DNA of 64,000 nt, from assembly GCF_004010195.1 (NCBI RefSeq), contig NC_057719.1:4265865-4329864 (forward strand). Direction: 5' to 3'. Shown one piece after another: positions 24,330 to 36,933 of this stretch. Position numbers and translations under genes: made by a program. This stretch comes from Chiloscyllium plagiosum (lineage: Eukaryota). The first letter of the stretch is position 1; every line of letters begins with the position of its first letter. Under the pieces are notes generated by a model. The model made no database searches and was not told the origin of the DNA. It was given only the letters and a program-made list of their open reading frames with translations.

Positions 24330-26100
24330 AGGCTAGAGCTTTAAGCTTAAATAAGGGAAATTCTGATGGTCTCAAGACAGAGCTGGCTAAAGTGAATTGC
24401 AAAACGAGGTTAAGGGACAGATCAGTAGAGAGGCATGGAGACATTTAAGGAGATATTTTGTCATGTTTAACAAATTAACATCGATGTAAGAAAGATATGG
24501 TTAGAATGTATGGTAAGTTAGACAAAGGAGAGCTAGTGGATGTGATCCATTTGGATTTCCAGAAGGCCTTTGAAAAGGTGCTTCACAGAACGCTGCTAAG
24601 TAAGATGAGCCCATGGTGTCAGGAGCAAAGTACTGTCATGGATAAAGAATTGACTGACTGGCAGAAGACAGAGAGTGGGGACAATGGGGTCTTTTTCAGG
24701 ATGACAGCCAAGAAGTAATGGAGTTCTGCAGGAGTCAGTGTTGGGACCACAAGTATTCGTGCTATACATTTATAGTTCGGGCAAAGGAATGGAGGGCATT
24801 GTTGCAAAGTTTGCAGATGACACAAATATAGGTGGAGGCTTGGGTAGTGTTAAGGAAGCAGAGAGAGTGTAGAAGAACTTTGACAGGCTAGGAGATTGGG
24901 AAAGAAGTAGCAGATGGAATACCATGTAGAAAGTGTGACGTTATCCACTTTGGTAGGAAGAATAGAGGCATCGCCTATTTTCTAAACAGGGAAGGGCAGC
25001 AGACATCTTAGAGAAAAGGGACCTAGGAGCTCGAGTTCAGAATTCTCTTAAAGTTAACATGCAGATTGAGTTGGCAGTAAACGGGGCAATTACAATGTTA
25101 GCATTAATTTCAAGAGAGCCAGATGTGGTTGTAAATATAGGAGGCATGGTTAAGTAAGTTTGCAAATGACAGCAAAATAAGTAGTGTAGTGGACAGTGAA
25201 GAAGATCATCTCAAAGTACAATGGGACCTTGATCAGATTGATTGATTTATTGTTGTTATGTGTACAGTGATACAGTGAAAAGTGTTGTTTTGCATGTTAT
25301 ACAGGCAGATTGTACTATACAAAGTACAAAGGGTAACAGAATAGAGTGCAAAATTCAGTGTTACAGACACAGAGAAAGCCCAAAGACAGATCAGAATTAA
25401 CATTTGAGAGGTCTGTTCAAAAGTCTGATAACACTGGGGAAGAAGCTGTTCTTGAATCTGTTTGGACAGGTATTCAAACTTTTATATTTTCTGCCTGATG
25501 AAAGTGTAGAAGAGAGTATAATTGAAATGCGAGGGGTCTTTGATGATGTTGGCTGTTTTCCCGAGGCAGTGGGAAGTATAGATGGAGTCAATGGATAGAA
25601 GGCTGGTTCGTGTGAGGGACTGGACTGTGTTCATGATTCTCTGTAGTTTCTCGTGGTCTTGGGAAGAACAGTTGCCATCCAGATAGGATTCTTTATATGG
25701 TGCATCTATAAAAATTGGAAAGAGTCTTTTCATTATGAAGGAAGGTTGGATAAATTTAGCTTGTATCCATTGAATTGTGGAGGAATGTGGATACAGAAAG
25801 GTTTCCCCATGTGGGAGAGGCTAGAACTAGGGGACAAAGATTAAAAAGGAGAGTCCACATTTAAGGCAATTAGGTGGACTTTTTTTTCCTCTGGGAGTTT
25901 TGTGGGCCTGTGCAACTCACTTGCCCAGAAGCTGGCCAAGTCAGGGTCCTTGAATATTTCTAAGGCAGATGTAGGTAGATTCAATGGAGTCATTGGTTAT
26001 CAGAGGTTAACAGGAATGTGGAACTGAGGCCACCATCAGATCAGTATGAACTTACAGAACCATTTGAAGAGGCAAATGGCCAACACTTGCTCCTAATTCG
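24330..26100 (+). mobile_element. Ancient CR1, pieces 3-4 (tether, RT, 3' end), interrupted by a Rex1 fragment
   Basis: LNKGN..ELAKVN near 24345; ORF 24497 VDVIHLDFQKAFEKV; KFADDT near 24810; 3'UTR to ~26100. Confidence 0.75.
25237..25720 (-). mobile_element. Rex1/Babar LINE 3' fragment
   Basis: ORF 25397 NRFKNSFFPSVIRLLN; IIKDPSH; (AATC)n tail. Confidence 0.85.
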
Positions 26101-26107
26101 TACTTTT

Positions 26108-26560
26108 GAAGGTGACAGAGAGGTTTAGGTAGAGAGTTCCAGAAGTTAGGGCTTTGGCAGCTGAAAGCATAAGCACTAATAACAGAGCAAGTTCAACAGG
26201 GATTAAAGTTGGAGTATGGCAGAGACTTCAGAAGGTTGGAGGAAGTCTCAGAGAAAAAGGAGGAGAACGACCATGAGGATATTTGGAAAGAAGAATGAGA
26301 ATTTGAAAAGTGAGGAGTTGATAATCCAGGATAGAGATCAGTGAGCACGGGAGGATGGGTAAATGGGAGTTGGTGTTCATTAAGATACGGAAAACAAAGT
26401 TTTGAATAAGTTTGAATTATACTATATGGAACATGTCAGGACAATGTTGGATTAGTCACATCAGGTAACAAAGATGTGGAGGAAGGTTTAACAGCAGATG
26501 GCTGAGGCAGGCTGAGTGTGTTATCGAGGAAGTAGGTGATGGATTGGCTTTGTGATTGGA
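26108..26560 (-). mobile_element. L2-like LINE continuation
   Basis: Joins 13119 through degenerate TSD GAAAGGATGACAGAG / GAAGGTGACAGAG. Confidence 0.65.
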
Positions 26561-26629
26561 ATCTCGTCTTGAGTTTATCAATTCCCTCATTCCAACAAAT
26601 ACAAATACATAAAATCGCCAAATGTATAG

Positions 26630-27182
26630 TTTATGGATATATTAAAGCTCTCAGTATAACCCTCTGGTATATGAAATCTGTCATTGTAACAGTGTTACAC
26701 TAAATTTCTTTTTGTAACACTCTCTGGATCTCATAAATCTCACTCGAGCTGGTACATATAATCTAAATGCAATTTCTAAAAAATTAAATCTCTCATTGTA
26801 TCCCTCGTTGATATATTAAGTCACATTTTAATAATATACTGTATCAAATCTTTCATTGTCAGTTTTATAAGAGATCTTATTGTAATGTTTAGATATTAAA
26901 CATTGCGCTATAATAATCATATATTAAACATCTCATCTTAACACTCACTGACTTATTAAACCTCCTCCTGTCAAAGTCTCTGACATTCTAAATCTCTCAC
27001 TGTGTAACTCTGCAGTATTGAATATCCTTTAGCTACAATCTGACATGTTAAATCTCAGCTTAAAATTGATACCTTAAATTTCTCATTTTAAAACTGTGAT
27101 CTGTTAAACCTGTCAGTGTAAATGTTTCTGATACACTCAATCCAAGACAATAAAATTCTCCATTATATAATCTCTCAATTTT
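26630..27182. repeat. Cryptic AT-rich tandem repeat, right part
   Basis: GATATATTAAA...CTCAnTGTAAC units as at 12180-12790. Confidence 0.7.
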
Positions 27183-27558
27183 ACACACAGACACACACAC
27201 ACAGTCACACACAGTCACACATACACAGACGCACACACATTCACACCCATACACACAAATACACACTCACACACACTGACACACAGAGACACACATACAC
27301 ACTCACACATACACAGACGCACGCACATGCACACACACACCTACGCAGACACACACACACCTTCACACCCACACAAACACACACCCACACATACTGACAC
27401 ACAGAGACATGCATACACACACACATACACAGACATACATACAGACATGCGTGCGCGCGCACACACACCTACACAGACACACGCACATTGACACCCACAC
27501 AAACACACACCCACACACACACAGATGCACAGCGACATGCATACACACACACACAGAC
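27183..27558. repeat. Imperfect (CA)n microsatellite
   Basis: Direct. Confidence 0.95.
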
Positions 27559-27935
27559 TATATATATGTAAATCTATCACTGACATGTCAATAAATGAAA
27601 TATTTCAAGATCTCTGGTTATTATGAAATCTTGCGCTCTGTGGGTCATCATGAACAGAGATTTAGCAGCCTAAGGGAAATAGGGTTTGGTTTAGGTCTGG
27701 GGTTAAATTGCTGAACATGACATGGCCCTGCCCATGTCCAGTTTGTATCCCGGCAGACTTACCCGTGAGTGGGGATCTGAAAACTGGTCCCAGTAATGGT
27801 GATTATGAGCCTATCATCAATAGTTGTAAAAACCCATCAGGTTCATTAATGTCCTTTAGGGAAGGAAATTTGTCATCCTTACCCCATCTGGCCAAGATGT
27901 GTCTCCAGACCCACAGTGATGTATTTGACTCACAA

Positions 27936-29655
27936 ATCCCCACTGCTTCAAGAAGACCACTATCATCCCAATAGCAACGTGCCTCAATGACTACCGCCCA
28001 GTGACTCTGACCTCCATAATGATTGATTGATTGATTTGATTTGATTGATTGTCACGTGTACCTAAGTACAGTGAAAGGCTTTGTTTGTGAGCAGTACAGG
28101 CAGATCATAGTAAGCAACGACATACCGAGGCTAGGGTGAGAAAGAGCTCAGCCAACGGCATAGAGGTTCTGTGGCCCATGGTGTGCACTAGGCAAGTTCA
28201 ACATTAACAAGATTAACATTAATGAGATCAACATTAACAAGATCTGCATTATTTGAAGTGAGGGAGGTCCGTTCATCAGTCTAATAACAGGGAGGAAGAA
28301 GCTGTTTTTGAACCTGTTGGTGTGTGCTTCCAAGCTTCTGTATCTTCTCCCTGAAGGACAAGGGTGCAGAGAGCATTACTGGGGTGGGAGGGGTCTTTGA
28401 TGATGTTGGCAGTCTTTCTACGGCAACTAGGCAATTATAATGCGCTTCGAGAGGCTGGTCATGGCCTACATTGATTCTCGCCTCCCAACCTTCCTTGATT
28501 CCCTGCATATTGCCTACCAACGTAACAGGCCCACAGCAGACACTATTGCCCCAGCCATACAGTCATCCCTGGAACATCTGGATAACAAGAACACCCACGT
28601 CAGAATCCTGCACATCGACTACACTATAATTACACTTCAACACTATATTCCCCTCCAGTCTGATCTCAAAACCCCTTGACCCTAAATCTCGGCTCCACCC
28701 TCTGCAACTGTTTCCTCAGCTTCCTGACCCACAGACTGCAATCAGTGAAGATAGACAATAGACACCTCCTCCACGATAATCCTCAACACTGGAACCGACC
28801 GAGGATGTGTACTCAGCCCCTTATTATACTCCCTGTACACCCACGACTGTACGAACGCCACCTATAAGTTCGCTGACTGAACATCCAACAACTGATGAGT
28901 CAGTATAGAGGAAGGAAACAGAGGGCTTGGTGTTATGGTGCAATGATAACAATCTCTCTCTCAAGCAAAAGAACTGATCAATGATCTCAGGAAGAAAGGA
29001 GGAGGACACGCCCCGATCTAGATCAACAGAGCGGAGTTGGAGAGATTCAAGAGCATCACCTTCCTAGGAGCTACCATAAGTAACAATCTGTCCTGGTCCA
29101 CCCACATAGATGCAATGGTGAAGGAGACACAACAATGCCTCTTCTTCCTCAGGAGGCTAAGGAAATTCAGCATGTGCATTCGGACCCTCACCATATTTTA
29201 CTGATGCATCATAGAAAGCATACTGTAGGGTGCATCACGGCTTGATGCAGCAACTGCTCTGCCCACGACTGTAAGAAACTACAGAAAGTTGTGTTCAAAG
29301 CCAACCTCCAATCCATGGACTCCATCTACACTTCTCACTGTCATGGAAAGGCTGCCAACATTATCATAGACCCCTCCCACCCCAGTAATACTCTCTTCCA
29401 ACCTCTTCCATCAGGCAGAAGCTTGAGCAACAGGTTCAGGAACAGCTTCTTCCCTGCTGTTATTAGGCTGATGAATAGATTCGCCAACTTCAAATAATGT
29501 TGTTCTTGCTTTGTGCAGTATAACCTTGAATGCCCCACTCTGTCTGAGCACCCTATGATCTGTAGGTCCTTGTTTGTTATGATCTGCCTGTACTGCTCAT
29601 AAACCAAAGCTTTTCACTGTACTTAGGTACATGTGACTACAATAAATCAAATCAA
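27936..29655 (+). mobile_element. Rex1/Babar LINE RT (5'-truncated, disrupted)
   Basis: CLNDYRPV, FERLVMAYI, KFAD, NRFRNSFFPAVIRLMN; AATAAATCAAATCAA tail. Confidence 0.88.
28022..28432 (-). mobile_element. Rex1/Babar 3' fragment nested antisense in Rex1
   Basis: ORF 28148 TNRFKNSFFLPVIRLMN; (AATC)n tail at 28022-28050. Confidence 0.85.
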
Positions 29656-30020
29656 GTTAAGTAACAACTGGCCTCTGAAATGGTTAAACAAGTCATTCAG
29701 TTTTAACAAAACCACTTCAGTGTCTAAAGAAAGGACTAAAATTGGACAGACTATCTGTCCAATTGAACAAGGCTTCAGAATTAGCAAAGACAAACCTAGC
29801 CCTATCGACTCCGTAAAGTCATCCTCACTAACATCTGGGGGCTAATGCCAAAAATGGGAGAGCTGTCTCACGGACTAGTCAAACAACAGCTTGACTTATA
29901 GAAAATTCCTCACAGATAAGGCCCCAGACAGTATCATCACCATTTCGGCTGTGTCCTACTGGGTATAGACAGGGAGAAAGAGAGTACTGCAGATCCTGGA
30001 GATCAGAGTCGGGAGTGTGG

Positions 30021-30394
30021 TGCTGGAAAAGCACAGCAGGTCAGACAGCATCCGAGAAGCACGAGAATCAATGTTTTGGGCATAAGCCCTTCATCAGGAA
30101 AGATATGGACAAATCCAGCAGAGATGGCAGCACAATGGGATACATCGGGGACATGGTTGCCCTGAAAGTCGTCAACATTGACTTTAGGCCACGTAAGGTC
30201 TCATGGTTGCTGGAAAAGCACAGCAGGTCAGACAGCATCCGAGAAGCACGAGAATCAATGTTTTGGGCATAAGCCCTTCATCAGGAAAGATATGGACAGA
30301 TCCAGCAGAGATGGCAGCACAATGGGATACATTGGGGACATGGTTGCCCTGAAAGTCGTCAACGTTGACTTTAGGCCACGTAAGGTCTCATGGT
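30021..30394. repeat. 187-bp tandem duplication
   Basis: Copies 30021-30207 and 30208-30394 differ at 3 positions. Confidence 0.92.
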
Positions 30395-31154
30395 ATCAAA
30401 CGGAGGTAATGAAACCTCCAGCTAATTGTCACATTCCAATCCGCACCACCTGCACCCTCCCCTCCCCCTCCCCCTTCCCGCATCTTTTCCCTCCACCCCC
30501 AACCTTGGCTGATGAATCAGTGCTCCTCCATATTCAACAATGTTTGGATGAAGCATTGAAGGTGACAAGGGTACAAAATGTACTCTGGTTGGGAATTTGA
30601 ATGTCCGTTACTAAGAGCAGATTGCTAGCAGCACTACTGACCAAACTAGGAGACTCTTAAAGAACATAGCTGCTAGACTGGGTCTGCAGCAAGTATTCAA
30701 GGAGCAAACAAGGAGAAATACCTTCATTGACTTTGTCTTCATCAATCTACCTGTCAGAGATGTTAACGCCTATGACAGTATCAGTAGGATTGACCACCGC
30801 ACGGTTCTTGTCAAGATAAAATCACAGCTTCACATTAAGGATATCCTTCATTGTGCTGGAGGATAATTGGAGGGAGATGGAAAATGGGGAACTGCAGGCC
30901 AGTTATCTCAACAGCTGCCATTGTCCAGATGTTACAACTACTTTAAAATATTATAGCAGGACACATAAAAAAGTTCAAGGTAATCAGGTGGAGTTAAAAT
31001 GGTTTTGTAAGAAGAAGATTATCCAAATTGGTGCTTCAACTGTGCTTCTCTGATTTTTATCTTTGCTTCCCCACCCATGATACTTGTCTCTTGTCATGCC
31101 TCTTATGTATTTATATGTAGCTGGGAATACCTTTTGAAAGGGGGAAGAGTTTCA

Positions 31155-31275
31155 TTCTGGATTAGTGGTGCTGGAAGAGCACAGCAGTTCAGGCAGCATC
31201 CAAGGAGCTTCGATTCGAAATCGACGTTTCGGGCAAAAGCCCTTCATCAGGAATAAAGGCAGTGAGCCTGGAGCA
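31155..31275 (-). mobile_element. Penelope-like fragment with intact hammerhead core (31223-31250)
   Basis: rc = CCTGATGAAGGGCTTTTGCCCGAAACGTCGA. Confidence 0.75.
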
Positions 31276-31276
31276 T

Positions 31277-32315
31277 GTTTCATGCCAATGGTTAAAAACA
31301 ATAACAATAAACAGTAATTTTCCTATTAATGAAAATCCTGGGGTAAGTATTATTTCCCTGAATTAGACAGTTAGTAAGAAAAAAGGGCAAAAAAAAAGGC
31401 TTAATCAACTTTTCACATTTCTGATGATTTGGGGTTAGCAGAGCTTGATTTCCAGCAGCCGACCCTAGAGAGTTGTGACAAAGTTCGGGGCTCATTTGGG
31501 AATTTGGAGCAAAGATAATGTAAGATAGGATGTGGAGTTAGAGCAAGTGATTAAAGGATAAAAAGATAGATACCAGTTTTTTTTTGTGGAAAGCAAGTAA
31601 GATAGCACTGGAAGCAGCTACAGGTGTCCCTGGCAAACTTAAAAGAGATCACAAAAGTCAAATTGAATGAATTGGAAAATGGATTGGAAGGGGAATTACC
31701 TGCCACAACTAAGAGAGAGGAAATAATTGAAAAAGCAGTGCAACATTTGTGTTTATTAGAGATAGACGAAACCAGGTAGTGAGACATTGGAATCAGTTCT
31801 GATTGAATTGCAATTAAAGAAATTCATGCCTAAGGAAAGAATGAAGCTGGGGTTGGAAATGGATATAAGGAAACTTGACTTAGAGTTACAAAGGGAAAGC
31901 AAAGTGAGAGAACACAAACATCAGCTTAAAATGCTACAGTTTTTAAAAAAAGAGTCATCAGATGCTGATGCAGAATCTGATGGGGAAAATTCTAATCATA
32001 ATCTAAAATCCACTAGGAAATATATAAGTTTATACAGGCCCTACCAAAACATGAGGAAAACATTCTTTATGTCATATGAGAAAATAACAAATCGAATGCA
32101 GTTGCCTCAGGAAAACTGGATATTGGCCATGCAGTGTAAGTGGACGGGTAAAGCTCAGGAAATTTATCATTCACTAACACAGAAGGTTTCTAATGATCAT
32201 AACACTGTAAAAATTGGCTATTCTGAATGGATCTGAGTTAGTTTCAGAGACATATGAAAAAAGTTTCAAAATATACGAGAACAGCCTGGATTACCTGCCC
32301 TAAATTTGAAAGAGC
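31277..32315 (+). mobile_element. Gypsy (Gmr1-like) LTR retrotransposon remnant: LTR end, PBS, decayed gag
   Basis: LTR end TGTGACA at 31480; PBS-like TCGGGGCTCATTTGGGA (cf. tRNA-Pro PBS TGGGGGCTCGTCCGGGA); gag-like FFMSYEKI..PQENW..TGKAQEIY. Confidence 0.75.
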
Positions 32316-33354
32316 TCATGTTAGAGTTGCATTAGCTTCATCCAATCTAACCAATTCACACACATTCTTTGGTTGATGACAAGGGATTCTATATTAGCCT
32401 CAGTAGGGAGCAAAGATATTCTGTACTGCATCTGAGGGTCTTCAGTAATTATACCTGACTAGTAATGTAGTTATTACTATCATACAAAACAGCTTGCTAA
32501 CTAAGCCAAATGCCTCCTCTGTTCAGATGCATCAGTGGCTTATCCTCTACCATTGATAATTTGATTCATCCCAAACACAGTATAGAGAAAGGAGAAATAG
32601 TAGCAGTGAACTATCTCAATGTTTACAACCAACAACCCGTATCCTTTGTTACTTACTAGGAGAGGAGTCAGCAGTAGCAATCTGTGCAAATACTGCAATA
32701 ATTGATTCTCCTGAAGTCATTGATACGGCTCCCAGTGTTTTATATTAGCTGTAGCTTTTGACATTTTGCCCAAGTGCAGAAGCCCAGTTTATTTATATGT
32801 TAAGAAAAGCCATAGTACTGAATACTGACCCCTGGAGGCCACTTCCATCTCCATCCCTGATATTAAAGGTTTGATCAATACCAGCAACGTGAAACAGGTT
32901 TGTAACGAATCAGCAATCCTTTACACACTGTATAACTTTTATATCATGCTGAATTGGAAAATATTACCAAGATTTTTAAATTTCAAACCAAGTAAAAATG
33001 ACAGTGAGACTAAGGAGTGACTCTCCAAAGGGAATTTCAACCACAGTTCTGCAAACTTCAGTGCAAAGAGTGTTTAAGATTATAAAAGGATGGGGACAGG
33101 GTAGATAGAAATCAGATTATTTCCAGTTGTTGAGGGGTCTAGAACCAGATGCAATTTATAAGATTCAATGAGAGACATTTAGATAGAGGGGAGGAGAAAT
33201 TTCTTCAGAGATTTGTGAGCTTGTGGAATTTAATTGTCATCATTGAGACTGAAATGATGTTGATTTGAACCTGAAATTAGATCAGCGAATCAAGAAAATG
33301 GAGACTCAGAGGGATATGAGAACAAGCTGGTTAAATGTGGTTAGCCACATTCTT

Positions 33355-33872
33355 TAAATCCCTCACCAACTCCTACAGATGCACCATAGAAAACATTCTA
33401 TCGGTCTGGAATGGCAACTGCCCTGCCCAGGACCGTAAGGAACTGCAGAAGGTTGTGTGCACAGCCCAGACCATTATGGAAGCCAATCTTTCATCCATGG
33501 ACTCAATTAACACTTCTCTTTGCAGTGGAAAGGCTGCCAACATCATCAAAGACCCTTCCCTTCTCAATAATGCTCTTTTCCAACATCTTCCATCAGGCAG
33601 AAGATACAGAAGCTTGAACACACGATCCAACAGGTTCAAGAACAGCTTCTTCCCTGCCGTTATTAGACTGATGAATGGACCTCTCTAACTTCAAATAATG
33701 CTGATCTTGCTCCATGCCCCTCCTGTGCAGCTGTGCGCCTCGCTCTGTCTGAACACCCTATGGTCTGTATGTCCTTGTTTGCTATGATCTGCCTGTACTG
33801 CTCGCAAAACAAAGGTTTTCACTGTACTTAGGTACATGTGACTTCAATAAATCAAATCAAATCAAATCAAAT
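33355..33872 (+). mobile_element. Rex1/Babar 3' fragment
   Basis: ORF 33335 YRCTIENIL...SNRFKNSFFPAVIRLMN; (AAATC)n tail. Confidence 0.9.
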
Positions 33873-34244
33873 CCTATATCCCAAGGACTGCAACGGACAA
33901 TAAATGCTGGCTCAGTCAATACACCCACGTTCCCTTGAACAAATTAACTGAAAGGTTTCTAACAAGGCTTCCAAAAGGAACTTTATCGAATGCCTTTGTT
34001 ACATCCATGGATACCATTGCATTCATTCGATCAAACGTTTTGAATCAGTTTACTTCAACCTGCCTTTAACAAGTCCACACTGGCTGACTTTCACCAGCCC
34101 ATTCACTAATTAAAAACTAAGATTTTTTGATTCAAAAAGATTTACCTGTAGTTCATGTTGGATTTGCACAGAGTTCCAGTGTGTGTAACATTGAGCTCAA
34201 CCTGTGCAAATTCATATTTACTCTCCACTCGAGAGCAGGGCTCC

Positions 34245-34582
34245 AGTGGTTTTGATTGTCTGGTCTCTGGTGGGTTTGATGGTCCAGTTTCTGGTGGGTG
34301 TGATGGTCAGGTTTCTGGTGGGTTTGATGGTCTGGTTTCTGGTGGGTTTGATGGCCTGGTTTCTGGTGGGTTTGATGGCCTGGTTTCTGGTGGGCTTGAT
34401 GGTCTGGATTCTGATGGATTTGATGGTCTGGGTACTGGTAGATTTGATGGTCAGGTTTCTGATGGATTTGATGGCCTGGTTTCTGGTGGGTTTGATGGTC
34501 AGGTTTCTGGTGGGTTTGCTGGTCTTGTTTCTGGTGGTTTTGATGGTCTGGTTTATGGTGGTTTTGGTGGCCAGGTTTCTGG
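34245..34582. repeat. 24-bp minisatellite (TGGTGGGTTTGATGGTCTGGTTTC), ~13 copies
   Basis: Direct; produces the 8-aa repeat ORFs. Confidence 0.92.
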
Positions 34583-36045
34583 AGCAGGCCTGTTACTCAC
34601 TCCACTCATGGGAGAGTCTAGACTTCTGTTGAATGTCTCAAATTCACTAATAACAGTTTTGTGGGAGTTATGATTCAGGATTGGAGAAAGAGTGTGAGCC
34701 TAAATGGTCAGTATTGGGCTTTTTTAGATTATGGGATCACCAAGTGATTTGTACCTGGTCATAGAATCAATTTTCACTGTGGATTTTAAAGCGACTGAGT
34801 TACAAGCAGCCTGTACTCAGTCAGTTACAGGGATGGAGGAGAAGGTGTTATTTTTCGCTGACCAGTCTCTCTGTATGATAGAGCAATGTGTTTGACTGTA
34901 CCTCCTGTGTCTGCAGTCTGCACTCTGAGCATCGGCTCAAGATCATATGTTGCTGTGTACTTATGAGATCACTTTTTCTTTCTCTGGCTGACCTGAGCTG
35001 ATTTTTATCAGAGGCCTTCATACTGCCAGATGGTTTCGCCGCTCCGGAAACATATTATTCTCTATTTACTGCCTTTAGGATCATTGAATAAATATAGAAT
35101 GACACATACCCGGGAGTCTGTTACAAGGCTGTAATTCAATCGAGGGGTTTCTAAGGCAATGTCATACACAGCAATAACACGCCTCAAGCAATTTCTGGGC
35201 CATCCCATGACCCTTACTGTGAAACAACAGCCTGGTGTTTTAGTCACTTTCAGGAGTGGTTTTCTCTTATAAATACCACCGTCAATTTCTTAAGGATTGC
35301 GCAGTGGCCCCCCCCCACCTCCCCCCCACCCCCCTCCTACCCCATCGCCTGTCCTGTTAGCAGTCAGGAGAAGGCTATAGAATGACCATTAGTTGTGGGT
35401 TTTTGCAGTCACACACTATGGCAAATTGTGAAACTTAATCTCCTATAAATCTACTCGTTTGGGGGGTTGGCACCAGTTGGAAATGACCATGAAAAGCTCA
35501 CGGGATTACTGTTCAGAACCCAACTGATTCATCAATGTCTTCAGGGGGTGGAACCTTGATTGCAGTTGTACACGACTTGGTTCAATCTTAATGGAGCGAA
35601 GCGAGCTTCACCTTCCCTGAGCAACTGGAGATCGTCAGAGTGATCCGAGAACAAATAATAATCACTTTTATAAAAACATTGCACATCTGTCTCATTTCGA
35701 TGGAGAGCGAAAGGAATAAAAATGAAGAACTTGCATTTCTAAAGCACCTTTCATATGGTCAGGATATCTCAGGGCGCCTTACAGCCAATAGCGAATCGTC
35801 ACTGTTTTAACTTTGTCTCTTTTACGAGGGTGACTGATAAGACCTTGAACTGAATGGCTTCTTCGGTCACTTCAGAGAGTGGTTAATACTCAACTACGTT
35901 TTTGCAGGTCTGGAGTCACAGGTAGGCCAGACTCAGTAAGGATGGCAGATTTTCTTCCCTGAAGAATGGGAGCGAACTGGATTCCTAACAACAATCAGCG
36001 ATAGCTACGATGGTAACCATAACTTACAAGCCTAACTTTTATTCA

Positions 36046-36232
36046 ATTAAAAATCACACAACACCAGGTTATAGTCCAACTGGTTATTTGAAAGTTGCTT
36101 CCACAACCACCTGATGAAGGGGCAGTGTTCCAAAAGCTAGTGTTTCCAAATAAACCTGTTGGACTATAACCTGGTGTTGTGTGATTTTTTAACTTTGTAC
36201 ATCCCCAGTCCAACACCGGCATCTCCAAATCA
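36046..36232. mobile_element. Penelope-like fold-back element (third subfamily)
   Basis: Inverted arms AAAAATCACACAACACCAGGTTATAGTCCAAC / GTTGGACTATAACCTGGTGTTGTGTGATTTTT around CTGATGAAGGGGCAGTGTTCCAAAAG. Confidence 0.75.
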
Positions 36233-36274
36233 TAATTTTGATTATATTTCACCACAAGTTGGGTTTTGAACCGC

Positions 36275-36575
36275 ATAGAAACCCCTATGGTGTGGACACA
36301 AGCCATTTGGCCCATTGAGTCTACATCAAGCTTCCGAAGAGCATTCCACCCATTGCCCTATCCTATCCCTGTAACCCAGCTTTTCCCACGGTAATCCACA
36401 TCCCTGGGCACTATGGGCAATTTGGCACGGTCAATCCATCTAACCTGCGCAATTTTGGACTGTGAAAGGAAACCCACGCAGACAAAGAGAGAATGTGCAA
36501 ACTCCACACAGGCAGTCACCCGAGGCTGGAATTGAATCCAGATTTCTGTTGTTGTGAGGCCATCATGCCACCCTC
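36275..36575 (-). mobile_element. HE1-type SINE (diverged)
   Basis: V-domain and CR1 tail on minus strand. Confidence 0.8.
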
Positions 36576-36933
36576 TCCAGTTTGTTACCCTAGACCACAG
36601 AATTCTTAGTTGAATGACATTACCACGACACCACCATCTTTTCAAGCTGTTGTACAGGACACAGCAACCATTTTGGACACAGCAAGCTCCAAAAGCAGCC
36701 CTGTGCAAATGACTAGCCCATTAAGACAGGTGCTTGTAGGAGACATATTTCTCAAGAAACAGGGTCCCCGTCTCCTGATTGTCTTTGTAACAGTGGCAGT
36801 GAGACTGGAGCAGAGAGATCTCCATGGGGCCTGAAAGGCGGCAGCTGTTTAAGTCAAAGCTCTGCTCCACCATCCCTGGGACTATCTGGAGTGGGATTTG
36901 TAACCTACATCCTCTGACTCAATAATACCATTG

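Larger units (their letters stand above)
27770..30855 (+). mobile_element. LINE family B (CR1/L2 superclade), 5' region and endonuclease, split by Rex1 and Penelope inserts
   Basis: SINE-like 5' body 27770-27935 resumes at ~29660; LTNIWGLMPKMGELSHGLVKQQ near 29825; DHRTVLV near 30790; homologous to 39170-43290. Confidence 0.75.

Noticed and set aside
34155..34673. 172-aa ORF with VSGGFDGL repeats (structural-protein-like)
   Set aside because: A 24-bp minisatellite open in two frames, with no signal peptide or convincing gene context
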